Source: Acidilobaceae archaeon (GTDB lineage Archaea; Thermoproteota; Thermoprotei_A; Sulfolobales; Acidilobaceae). From it: DNA of 64,000 nt. The position numbers and the translations under genes are program-made. Location of the stretch: positions 1 through 64,000 of the forward strand of contig JAWBBK010000001.1 in NCBI GenBank assembly GCA_038824665.1, written 5' to 3'. How positions within the stretch are numbered: position 1 is the stretch's first letter; every line of letters begins with the position of its first letter. The notes below the pieces were generated by a model, which did no database searches, had not been told where the DNA came from, and saw only the letters and a list, made by a program, of their open reading frames with translations. Shown here piece by piece: positions 28,024 through 36,599 of the stretch.

Positions 28024-29388
28024 CTAACTTAGGACCTCCTTCTTGAAGACGTTCACCAAAGACTCTACCTTTTCGTTCCAGCTCTCTAGCTTTTCTGGAG
28101 AGTCAGGATAGTTTCTATAAAGACTCTTCAGCTCTCTAGCGTAATCGTTCGCTCTCACCAGCTTTAGCAACAATCCGGGCTTATTTACAAGGCTAGCTAT
28201 GATCTTCACCTTATCTAAAAAGCTCATGTCTAGTCTCAGCTCTCCCTCCATAAGAGCTACCGCTAGTTCTTGAGAGGAGAACTTTCTTACAGCCCACTCG
28301 ATCTCGTCGTTACTGAGAGTCTGTAGAAACATTCTGTAGACATCAAGAGAGGCTTGTTTGCTTCCGACCTCTCTCATGTAGAGAAGGTTGAGCTTCCAGA
28401 GCCCTCTAGCGGAGTAGTCGTTTTTCGAATAAGCCTCCAATATGGACTCGGCTGCATATTTAGCTGCAGTCATAGCGTAGCCTATACCGCCTCCATGAAC
28501 AGGGTTAACGGTATAGGCGCTGTCTCCTATCGCTATGAAGTTGTTCCAAACCATAGTTTTTAGTGGTCTTCGAGTTGGAAGCTTAGCTCCTCCGTCGCTG
28601 ATTATCCTCTTGACTCTCTTCACCTCTCTTCTTGAAGCTAAGTATCTCTCGAAGAGTTCTTTAGGACTTGGATAGGATTTGCCCATCTGAACTCCTAGTC
28701 CTAAGTTGACCGCTGTCCTGCCTTCAGGAAAGAGCCACCAGTAGCCTCCAGGAGCCACCTCTGTGTTGAAATAGAGCCTTATGGTCTCTGGGTCCGAAAT
28801 CTCGTCTTCGAGTTCCAGGATCTTCCTGTAAGCTAAGTTGAAGTCTGTCTCGTCTGGGTTATCAACTACTGGCCACTCCTGCGGTAACTTGTATCTAATC
28901 GAAGCTTGAGCTCCAGTAGCGTCGACTATGACCTTAGCTAAGAGTTCGAACTCCTCCTCTCCTCTCTTAGCTCTAACCCCCTCAAGCCTCTCTCCTCTTA
29001 CTATTGGATGAAGAGCTTTAGTGTTTAACCAAATTTCGACTCCAGCTCTCTCAGCCTCTTTAAGCAACTTCAAGCCGTATCTATGTCTATCGAATATGTA
29101 GCCTGCTTTCTCTCCTCTAAACGAAACATAGGCTTCCTCGCTTGGACCGTAGACTCTCGCCTCACTTACATAGGTCTTCACTTCGCTACCTGAAGGATGA
29201 GGAAGGTCTAGAGAATCGAAGTATCCAGCTCCAATAGCGTCTCCACAAGGCTTAGACCATACTCTGCTCTCGTCGACTAGATCTAAACCCAGCACTTTGA
29301 GTCCGCTCTTTCTCAGAAAGTACGTCAGCGCTGTCCCTGCTGGACCTAGTCCTACTACGACCACATCGTAATCGAGCCTTTGAGGCAA
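28024..29388 (-). CDS. ggr: Digeranylgeranylglycerophospholipid (geranylgeranyl) reductase
   Basis: GLGPAG FAD loop, KPCGDA, APGGYWWLFP, GDSA..VNPVHGGG. Confidence 0.93.
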   Translation of the reverse strand: MPQRLDYDVVVVGLGPAGTALTYFLRKSGLKVLGLDLVDESRVWSKPCGDAIGAGYFDSLDLPHPSGSEVKTYVSEARVYGPSEEAYVSFRGEKAGYIFDRHRYGLKLLKEAERAGVEIWLNTKALHPIVRGERLEGVRAKRGEEEFELLAKVIVDATGAQASIRYKLPQEWPVVDNPDETDFNLAYRKILELEDEISDPETIRLYFNTEVAPGGYWWLFPEGRTAVNLGLGVQMGKSYPSPKELFERYLASRREVKRVKRIISDGGAKLPTRRPLKTMVWNNFIAIGDSAYTVNPVHGGGIGYAMTAAKYAAESILEAYSKNDYSARGLWKLNLLYMREVGSKQASLDVYRMFLQTLSNDEIEWAVRKFSSQELAVALMEGELRLDMSFLDKVKIIASLVNKPGLLLKLVRANDYARELKSLYRNYPDSPEKLESWNEKVESLVNVFKKEVLS

Positions 29389-29510
29389 GCGTCAACCCCT
29401 CAGCTGGAATTCAAGAAGCCTTTAAGTCTCAAAGCTTAATTTTTCTGCCTCTGAAGCTGACTATAAACGTTAAATATAGTGAAGCTCAATACATACTTGG
29501 GAAGTACGTC

Positions 29511-31016
29511 GTGTCTAAGAAGATAATTGCTGCTATCCTAGCTTCACTAATAGCGTTCTTATCTGTGATCGTAGCTGGAGGAGCTTTTGCCTACAAATGG
29601 AGCTACGGAACAACTCTTATAGATAGACCGCACGTTTGGTTTGAAGATCCGCGAACTCCTAACGTTGTTGTAACCCTATATAGAAATAAAACGATAGCTG
29701 AGGTGAGCGTTAACACAAACTACAGATTAATTAGAATACACAGATCAGCTGTTTTCTTCGATACCTTTGACTCAGACCCTTTTGCCGGTAGACGTATGAC
29801 TAGCCTAACATGTACTTGGGGCTGGAGTTCTTCCTACGGGACTATATCGATCTCAGCCGGTTCTCGAGGACATCCTAGATGGGATCGTGAGTGTATAGCG
29901 TTAGCCGAGTTAGACGTCTCGTCTTACGCTAGAGAAGGCAGAAAGATTTATATCGCTTCTCTAGCGTGGAGAACCGGTTATGATGCTAGCCCTTCAATCA
30001 GAGCAGACTCAGTTTACGTGAACACGACTAAATACATGTTCTACAGAGTTGGCTTCAACGCAACAATAATAAGCGGAAGAACCGGCGACATGATTTCTTC
30101 TACGATACTTTATGGAACTACCGTCCTCGACCACGTACCTTTAGGCGTTAGATTAACCTTAGAATATTATTATCTCTCTCAAGTGGTTACAGCGATAAAC
30201 TTTAGAACCTGGACAGCTGAGCACTGGAACGTGACCATGCTGAACTATGTCAACATTGGAGATACCCAAAGGTTCTATCCCGACAGAGTAGGAGTAGGCT
30301 ACCGTACGGACACCAGTCAAGTTTCGGGCACTTTCTATTTTGATAACTTTTTGGTGACTCTAGACAAACCTCCGTGGTTCGTTAACATCACCAACCTGCC
30401 CGACGGTTGGAGAGCTAGAATAGTTCCTAGACAAGGATCTCCGGTGTTTGAAGCTACATCTATCGGAGGCTTAGCCTCCATCCCTGTCTGGGCTCCACAG
30501 TTAGATCTGTCAACCGTTACCTACTCAGCTAGCACTGATTATGGTTTTGTGTTCAGAAACGCCAGAATAGAGGTGCTCGACGAGAGAGGCAATATCGTCT
30601 ATTCAGCTGTTTTTGATTACGTGATTGGAGGTGATGTTTATAGGTTTGGATTCGAAGGAGACATCCTCCACGTTTATAGTAGCTCAAGCACAGGCTTCTA
30701 TCTTAAGCTCACTGCTCTTTCAACCTATTGTACCGGGCCAGGAACTAGAACTACTCTATCTCTAACTTCTCAGAGCGGAAATGTAGCTCCTAGCTATATA
30801 GTTCTAAAAGATGGGGTTCTGCTGACGAACTCTACGGGAATCCTCTACGTTAGTCCTCCTCCTCAGTGGAGTACCTCCTGGTTTGCTGCCAAGATCAAAA
30901 TGAAAGCGTTCAGTCCTTCGGGCGTATCTTGTCGATTGGAGTTAATCCTAGAGCAATGGGTCTCTGAAGGAGTTAAAGCTTATTATCCGATAACCCTCAC
31001 GGTCGTTGGAAGCTAG
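29511..31016 (+). CDS. Secreted beta-rich hypothetical protein
   Basis: Signal peptide ending in AFA; Ser/Thr/Tyr-rich with several N-x-S/T sites; no C-terminal TM. Confidence 0.8.
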   Translation: MSKKIIAAILASLIAFLSVIVAGGAFAYKWSYGTTLIDRPHVWFEDPRTPNVVVTLYRNKTIAEVSVNTNYRLIRIHRSAVFFDTFDSDPFAGRRMTSLTCTWGWSSSYGTISISAGSRGHPRWDRECIALAELDVSSYAREGRKIYIASLAWRTGYDASPSIRADSVYVNTTKYMFYRVGFNATIISGRTGDMISSTILYGTTVLDHVPLGVRLTLEYYYLSQVVTAINFRTWTAEHWNVTMLNYVNIGDTQRFYPDRVGVGYRTDTSQVSGTFYFDNFLVTLDKPPWFVNITNLPDGWRARIVPRQGSPVFEATSIGGLASIPVWAPQLDLSTVTYSASTDYGFVFRNARIEVLDERGNIVYSAVFDYVIGGDVYRFGFEGDILHVYSSSSTGFYLKLTALSTYCTGPGTRTTLSLTSQSGNVAPSYIVLKDGVLLTNSTGILYVSPPPQWSTSWFAAKIKMKAFSPSGVSCRLELILEQWVSEGVKAYYPITLTVVGS

Positions 31017-31086
31017 CTTGTTCTAAGTTTAAGAACACTCGCTGAGATAACAAAAAGTGCTACGAGAAGCTGGTGAGGTGTAGTCA

Positions 31087-31635
31087 ATGGCCTGGTGGTT
31101 TTCTAGAAGAAGAAGACTCTTTCGTGATATAGAAGATGTCTTCAGAGAGATCTTTAGAGACTTCGAGGAGATGTTGTGGGAGATAGAAGAAGAGATTGAA
31201 AGAGTACGTAGAACGTCTCCTGAAGAAGAGATCAAAGTCAAGCGCTTCGGTCCCTATGTCTATGGAATGAGAATAACCATAGGTCCTGATGGAATCCCCA
31301 AAATCGAGGAGTTCGGTAATATAAAGAGAGAACGAGGCAGAAGGCCTCTGATAACCGAAGAGATGGAACCGATAGCTGACGTTATAGATAGAGGTGACGA
31401 GATAAGGATAGTGGTCGAACTCCCTGGAGCCGATAAAGACAAGATCGATGTAAAGATCTCAGGAAAGAAGGTAGTGATCAAAGCCAGCAACGGCAGAAAG
31501 TATTACAGAGAGATAGAACTAGAGGAAGAAGTAGATCCGGACTCTGCCAGAGCCACGTATAAGAACGGTATTCTAGAGGTAGCACTCAAAAAGAAGAAGA
31601 AAGAAGAGGAAGGCAAGAGGATCAAGATCGAGTGA
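31087..31635 (+). CDS. hsp20: Archaeal small heat shock protein Hsp20
   Basis: GPYVYG.RITIGPDG.P, ELPG, ATYKNGILEV, C-terminal IKIE (IXI). Confidence 0.95.
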   Translation: MAWWFSRRRRLFRDIEDVFREIFRDFEEMLWEIEEEIERVRRTSPEEEIKVKRFGPYVYGMRITIGPDGIPKIEEFGNIKRERGRRPLITEEMEPIADVIDRGDEIRIVVELPGADKDKIDVKISGKKVVIKASNGRKYYREIELEEEVDPDSARATYKNGILEVALKKKKKEEEGKRIKIE

Positions 31636-32194
31636 GTTCTATACACTCTTCATCGATCTCTTTTTCAATAACTCCTTCTCCAATCACTTTGCTTCCTCCA
31701 TCGAAGTCGCAGAGTACAAGTGTGAACCTCTCTTCACCGTTAGCTACTTTTCGCAACCACTCCTTAAGCTCGTTACAACCATTTTTTTCGACGTTCTTAC
31801 ACGCTACATTGATAGGCTCTTCAAACAAGTAGACAAGTCCTTCTACTGTCGTTATAAGACCAGGAGTATAGGCTGTTGGGATGAACTGAAGACCCTTTTC
31901 TCTGATCTTAAGCGCCGCTCTTGACGATTTCACAACTAGATATCTTAGCTTCTGTTCTTCTGAAACCTCTAAGACTATCTTCTTAGGTTGTAGCTCCTCT
32001 GCAGTGCTTACGTTTTTGTTTGTATAGCCACAACCTTCGCAAATGGAGGTCGAGATCAAGATCTTGCCGAAGTAAGGAACCTCGTAAACGTAAACGTCTG
32101 TCTGAAGTTTTTCCTCTCCACAAATAGGACATCTATCTCGGCTAGTGTACAACTTTACTGTCTTTCTCTCTTCTATTCCGTTTTCGCTTTGCAA
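31622..32194 (-). CDS. ZPR1-type zinc finger protein
   Basis: CPICG...YEVPYFG...CEGCGY, ITTVEG. Confidence 0.93.
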   Translation of the reverse strand: MQSENGIEERKTVKLYTSRDRCPICGEEKLQTDVYVYEVPYFGKILISTSICEGCGYTNKNVSTAEELQPKKIVLEVSEEQKLRYLVVKSSRAALKIREKGLQFIPTAYTPGLITTVEGLVYLFEEPINVACKNVEKNGCNELKEWLRKVANGEERFTLVLCDFDGGSKVIGEGVIEKEIDEECIELTRS

Positions 32195-32200
32195 GACTTC

Positions 32201-32554
32201 TCAGCCCTCTTTTCGGCTTAGAAAGCTTTTGACTTCTTGAGCTACTGCTTCAGAAAGAGTTTTCTCAACTTCTAGCACACACTCTTCTACACAGCCTTCT
32301 CTAGCTACAGGGTCTAGGGTAGCACACCTTTCGTAGAGACATCTTCTCGAAAGCGATTGACGATTGAAGGAATAAACCACTACGTTACCTACCTGTTGTT
32401 TGAGCAGAATGTGTGAAACCCCCAGCTTTCTAAGCACCTCGTCTATTAATCTAACGTCTACCAGTCTAACGTCTACAATGAAAGCTCTGAGATCGGACTT
32501 CAACGACTCTTCTAAACTTGAGGCTAGAGACTCTTCGAGTTCTCTAGAACCCAG
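32201..32554 (-). CDS. Hypothetical protein upstream of ZPR1 gene
   Basis: Track ORF from TTG 32503; frame extends to CTG 32554, which is preceded by an AGGTGG SD; Cys cluster C-x3-C...C-x3-C. Confidence 0.65.
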   Translation of the reverse strand: MGSRELEESLASSLEESLKSDLRAFIVDVRLVDVRLIDEVLRKLGVSHILLKQQVGNVVVYSFNRQSLSRRCLYERCATLDPVAREGCVEECVLEVEKTLSEAVAQEVKSFLSRKEG

Positions 32555-32617
32555 TGTTACCCACCTGACAGGTCTAGTGCGCTCGAAACAATATAGTTAA
32601 CGAGTAGGGTCTAGGCT

Positions 32618-33628
32618 TTGTCTCTCAGAAGAGTTGCAATTCCGCCGCCTAAACACAACAAGACCTTGAGCGAAGCTGTAGAAGAGTTCACAGCCAAGCT
32701 GACCACTATGGGCTTGTCTGAGAAGACTGTCAGAGCCTACTTTGCAGCTCTGAAGAACTTCATCAACTACGTAGGTCGTGACAAGCCTATAAGCGCTGTC
32801 TCAAGCAGCGATTACTATGCTTGGCTCTCTTATCTCAGAGTGAAGAGCGTTGGAACTCGCGGCAACAGACTCAAAGACTCGACTCTTCACTACTATTCTG
32901 TGTTCGTTAGGAGATTCCTTAGATGGATCGGAGTCAAAGAAGACCTTCAAGCCATACCTGGAGGAACACGGGGGTTTAGTGGAGTTCTGAGTTGGGGAGA
33001 CGTAGAAAAGCTGTTGAGTGCCTCAAGAGACCTGGTAGACCTAGTCATAATCTCGCTTTTAGCTGAGACAGGTTTAAGAGCTTCTGAACTACTTTCGTTG
33101 AGAGCTTCTGATGTGAATCTAGCTGAAAACACAATCAGAGTGACCGGAAAGTATGGAAAACAGAGAGTGGTAGTCCTAGGCCCCTACTCCCGTCATATAT
33201 TATCTGAGTACATGGCATACGCTGTGAGAAATCCTAGCGATAAGCTTTTCAACATGTCTTATCCGGCGCTCTACAAACGTCTCAAAAGGCTAGCAGCTAG
33301 AGCAGGTCTTCCTCTAGAAAAGGTGAGACCACATGTGTTACGTCACACCTTCGCTACAGAGGCCCTAAGAAGAGGTATGAGTCTCCCTTCGCTACAAAGG
33401 CTTCTCGGTCACAGTGACTTAAAAGTAACACAACTCTACTTACACCTCACAGCCGAGGATGTGAGAGCTGAGTATGAAAGAGCTTTCATGGGAGCCATTG
33501 TGCCTCCTGCTCCAAACCCCTGGCCTCCCTATGGTCATACGATCTACCCAGGCGCCTATTACCTCCACTACCAGCCTGGCTACAGTCCTCCGCATAGCAG
33601 AACTCATGTCAGCAAAAGACTAGCTTGA
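32618..33628 (+). CDS. xerA: Tyrosine recombinase XerA
   Basis: N-terminal SAM-like domain; catalytic TGLRASE, GK..K.R, HVLRH, LGHS, TQLY; no att sites or viral neighbours seen. Confidence 0.88.
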   Translation: MSLRRVAIPPPKHNKTLSEAVEEFTAKLTTMGLSEKTVRAYFAALKNFINYVGRDKPISAVSSSDYYAWLSYLRVKSVGTRGNRLKDSTLHYYSVFVRRFLRWIGVKEDLQAIPGGTRGFSGVLSWGDVEKLLSASRDLVDLVIISLLAETGLRASELLSLRASDVNLAENTIRVTGKYGKQRVVVLGPYSRHILSEYMAYAVRNPSDKLFNMSYPALYKRLKRLAARAGLPLEKVRPHVLRHTFATEALRRGMSLPSLQRLLGHSDLKVTQLYLHLTAEDVRAEYERAFMGAIVPPAPNPWPPYGHTIYPGAYYLHYQPGYSPPHSRTHVSKRLA

Positions 33629-33712
33629 TTAAAGCTCTCTATAGAGTGTTTTTTACTTAGTGCTCGCTACCTCCCAATGTATTTCAAGTCTATGCAAGAG
33701 CTGAGCTTCAGA

Positions 33713-33934
33713 TCATTGTTCTGACTCCTCTTCCTCCTCCTTTTCTTCTTTCTCAGCTACTTTTACGAGCTTGTTCGTCAACCCTCGAGCATGAGCTATT
33801 ATGTGATGCATTAAGTCACTGGGCGAAGCGAACAGCGCTTTATTGCAGACCGGACAGACGTAAAGGCCGTCAGGAGTTACCTCAACCAACACTTTTGATC
33901 CTCGGTAGCTAACTTCGAGTTTTCTCTCAGACAC
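33713..33934 (-). CDS. Small C2H2 zinc-finger protein with acidic tail
   Basis: YVCPVC...F....DLMHHIIAH; poly-Glu C-terminus. Confidence 0.75.
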   Translation of the reverse strand: MSERKLEVSYRGSKVLVEVTPDGLYVCPVCNKALFASPSDLMHHIIAHARGLTNKLVKVAEKEEKEEEEESEQ

Positions 33935-33984
33935 GAACTAAAACCCGAGAAGTTTATAGGACCGCTACAGTATATATGTTATTG

Positions 33985-34059
33985 GCCCCGCTGTCTCACG
34001 TCCGTAGATGACCTATTCTAGGAGATGAAGATGAAAACGGATCGGTAAAGCGGGGCACA
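33985..34059 (+). ncRNA. Single-hairpin H/ACA pseudouridylation guide sRNA
   Basis: GCCCCGCT/AGCGGGGC basal stem followed directly by ACA; internal pocket; upper stem GTCCGT/ACGGAT; GA-rich K-turn-like motif; TTTATA about 30 nt upstream. Confidence 0.75.
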
Positions 34060-34142
34060 ATTATAAAGGAAGTAGCTTCGTCTAGATTCAAGCAGAAACG
34101 GACCAGCCTCAGCTAAAGTCTATCTCTGAGTCGCGGGACTCC

Positions 34143-36599
34143 TTGGTGCTAATAGCGATCCTGCGTTCTCTCTTAAACAGACTCCGCCGATGCGAGGAAG
34201 AGATGTTTTCAGAATTTGTGATGAGCTGTAAAGGGTTCGAGGTCAGAACTTTGAGACCAGAGGGCTACGGTATCTACATAGACCAGAACGTAGCGAAACT
34301 ACTTCTTAGAGATAACGAAAAAGATATGACCGTTCTGCTGTACCCTGAAGTGACCTTCAGACAACAGGAACTCGGCTATTTTGACTTGTGTCAGGTCGTT
34401 GAAGAAGTTGCTCGTCAAACTCCTTTAGCGTATGTCATGACTAGAGCTGTGAAGAGTTCGAAAGAAGGTAAAAAGCTCCTTCTAAGTAAATGTACACAAG
34501 AGATATCTATTGAAAGTTTGCTTGCTGAAGTAGAAAATCAGCTAGCTAAACGAATTCCCGGCTACAAAACGAGATTAGGACAACGAAGGCTTGCTGAGCT
34601 AGTGCTTGAAAGAGCCGGTAGAGGAGGACTTGTGATAGCCAGGCTGTCTACTGGCTACGGTAAGACTACGTTGTTTGGATTTTTAGCAAGAGTCATGTCA
34701 AGTCACGGCTTAGGTGGCTATGGTCTCTTAGTTTCTCCTCTTAGAGCTCTTATGAGAAATCTATATAACAAATCGAACAATCTGAAACTTAAGATAGCTT
34801 ACATAGACTCAACTATGAGTTCTAGCGAGAGAGCTAATGTCCTCGAAAAGATGTCGCGTGGACTTCTTGACATCATAGCCGTGACTCCCGAAAGATTTCT
34901 AGATGAGTCCTTTAGAAGAGCTGTTGAGACCAACCCTCCGTCCTTTATAGCTATAGATGAAGCCCATGTGGCTGTAGAGTGGAGCTTAAGCTTTAGACCC
35001 TCATATCTCTATCTGTTAAACTACCTATCTCAAGCCAAGACGAAGAGATTGAGAGGTGTTCCTATAGTAGCTGTGAGCGCTACTTTAGCTCGAGCTCACG
35101 CTGAGTTCTTGGCGAATTGGCTCGGGTTCTCTAAGCTCTACAGAGTCAGTTTTGACGATGTTGAGAAGAAAGTCAATGCAGTGTTTCTCGAAGGTGATCC
35201 TCTACGAGAAGGATTAGAAATCTCCGTGCTAACGGTCCCTGAAGACGAGAAGAGGTTAGAGGTTCTGAAGGTTAAAGTCGAAGAGCTGATAGCGTGGTCT
35301 CGCTCTAGAAGGGAGAGTTCTATAGGCGTGATATACGTCAACTTCGTAGAAAGACCTCCTGCTCCGTGGCTCGGCGCGAAGACTATAGCCGAGTTTCTCT
35401 CAAAATCTCTCGAAGTCCCAGTGGTGATATACCATGGAAAGATGAGAAAAAAGAAAAGAAAAGAAGTAGAAGACCTGATCTTCTCTAGCGGAGACAACAA
35501 GAACCTCATAGTGGTAGCCACTAAAGCTTTCGGAATGGGAGTAGACATTCCCCATATAAGATGGACTATTCACTACATCCCTAGCGACTCCTTAGAAGAC
35601 CTTTATCAGGAGGTTGGAAGAGCTGGAAGAGATGGAAGAGGAGCTCGATCGCTAATCTTCTACAACCCTCTTGACTTCGAGATCAAAAGGAAGCTCGTTG
35701 TGAACGAACTCTTTTCTGTTCTCATACCGCTTAAGGTCTACAACACAGCTGTAGAGCTTGCCAAAACCGGAATTTGGAAAGAGGCTGTACCCATCCCCCT
35801 AGAACTCACCGGAAGTCGTGTCAAGACGTTCAGGGTTCTAGAGAAGCTTAGAGAGTCCAACCTCATAGACTTCACCATCTCGAAAGCTCGTAGCGAAGGG
35901 TCTACAGAAACTCTAAAGTTTAGTCGTTGTGTTAAAGGATGGCATAGTCTTTATCCGCTTAGAGTAGAGTCCTTGAACTTCAGAGTTGAAGTAGGCAGTT
36001 GTGAAAGCTGGACCTCAATAACCAGCAACGCTATAGCGCTTGTCTCTATAAAAGGCGAAGCTGAGAAACTGAGCGCGCCTACGCTAGACTTACTCTTAGC
36101 CGTCTATACAGAAGCAGCCTGGAAACTTTCGAAGCTAAGCGACTTGCAGAGAGCGATCGAGAAAGCGTTAAGTTGTGAAAACACTTGCTTCAACGAAGTG
36201 CTTAGAGAGTACTTTAACAGAAAAGACCTAGGCTTTATAGCTGAGTGTAGAAGGCTTCTGCAGAACAGAGTAGAGATAGTTGAAGTTGAGAGGTTTGAAG
36301 AGATAGCGAACTTAGTGAAAGACTTAATGCTCTGCCTCTCTTGGAGAGGAGTGACGCTAGTCTCGAAGAAGAGGTCTTTAGTTATTCCTTTGCTCGTAGC
36401 CTTACGAGAGAAGCTGAGAATAGAAGAGCAGCCTCGTCTCATTTCGTTTTCGAGACTGCTAAAGACATCACAAAACGAAATAAGGCTTTCGGGCTACGGT
36501 TACATAGTGGTTCTTACAAGCTGTAGAAAAGACATAGAGAGAGTTCGAACAGCTTTGAGTCGATATCCCTTCAAAACTCTTGTTTTCGTTCAACGCTAA
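34143..36599 (+). CDS. recQ: RecQ-family SF2 DNA helicase
   Basis: STGYGKT, VSPLRALM, VTPERF, DEAH..VEWS.SFRPSY (RecQ aromatic loop), SAT, VATKAFGMGVD, YQEVGRAGRDG. Confidence 0.88.
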   Translation: MVLIAILRSLLNRLRRCEEEMFSEFVMSCKGFEVRTLRPEGYGIYIDQNVAKLLLRDNEKDMTVLLYPEVTFRQQELGYFDLCQVVEEVARQTPLAYVMTRAVKSSKEGKKLLLSKCTQEISIESLLAEVENQLAKRIPGYKTRLGQRRLAELVLERAGRGGLVIARLSTGYGKTTLFGFLARVMSSHGLGGYGLLVSPLRALMRNLYNKSNNLKLKIAYIDSTMSSSERANVLEKMSRGLLDIIAVTPERFLDESFRRAVETNPPSFIAIDEAHVAVEWSLSFRPSYLYLLNYLSQAKTKRLRGVPIVAVSATLARAHAEFLANWLGFSKLYRVSFDDVEKKVNAVFLEGDPLREGLEISVLTVPEDEKRLEVLKVKVEELIAWSRSRRESSIGVIYVNFVERPPAPWLGAKTIAEFLSKSLEVPVVIYHGKMRKKKRKEVEDLIFSSGDNKNLIVVATKAFGMGVDIPHIRWTIHYIPSDSLEDLYQEVGRAGRDGRGARSLIFYNPLDFEIKRKLVVNELFSVLIPLKVYNTAVELAKTGIWKEAVPIPLELTGSRVKTFRVLEKLRESNLIDFTISKARSEGSTETLKFSRCVKGWHSLYPLRVESLNFRVEVGSCESWTSITSNAIALVSIKGEAEKLSAPTLDLLLAVYTEAAWKLSKLSDLQRAIEKALSCENTCFNEVLREYFNRKDLGFIAECRRLLQNRVEIVEVERFEEIANLVKDLMLCLSWRGVTLVSKKRSLVIPLLVALREKLRIEEQPRLISFSRLLKTSQNEIRLSGYGYIVVLTSCRKDIERVRTALSRYPFKTLVFVQR

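Noticed and set aside
32591-32618. dif-like site upstream of xerA (ATATAGTTAAC...)
   Set aside because: Only one possible half-site; no matching inverted arm across a 6-bp spacer; may simply be the promoter
32618-33628. Integrase of a provirus or integrated element
   Set aside because: Looks like chromosomal XerA; neighbours are housekeeping genes; no tRNA-derived att repeat or viral genes seen
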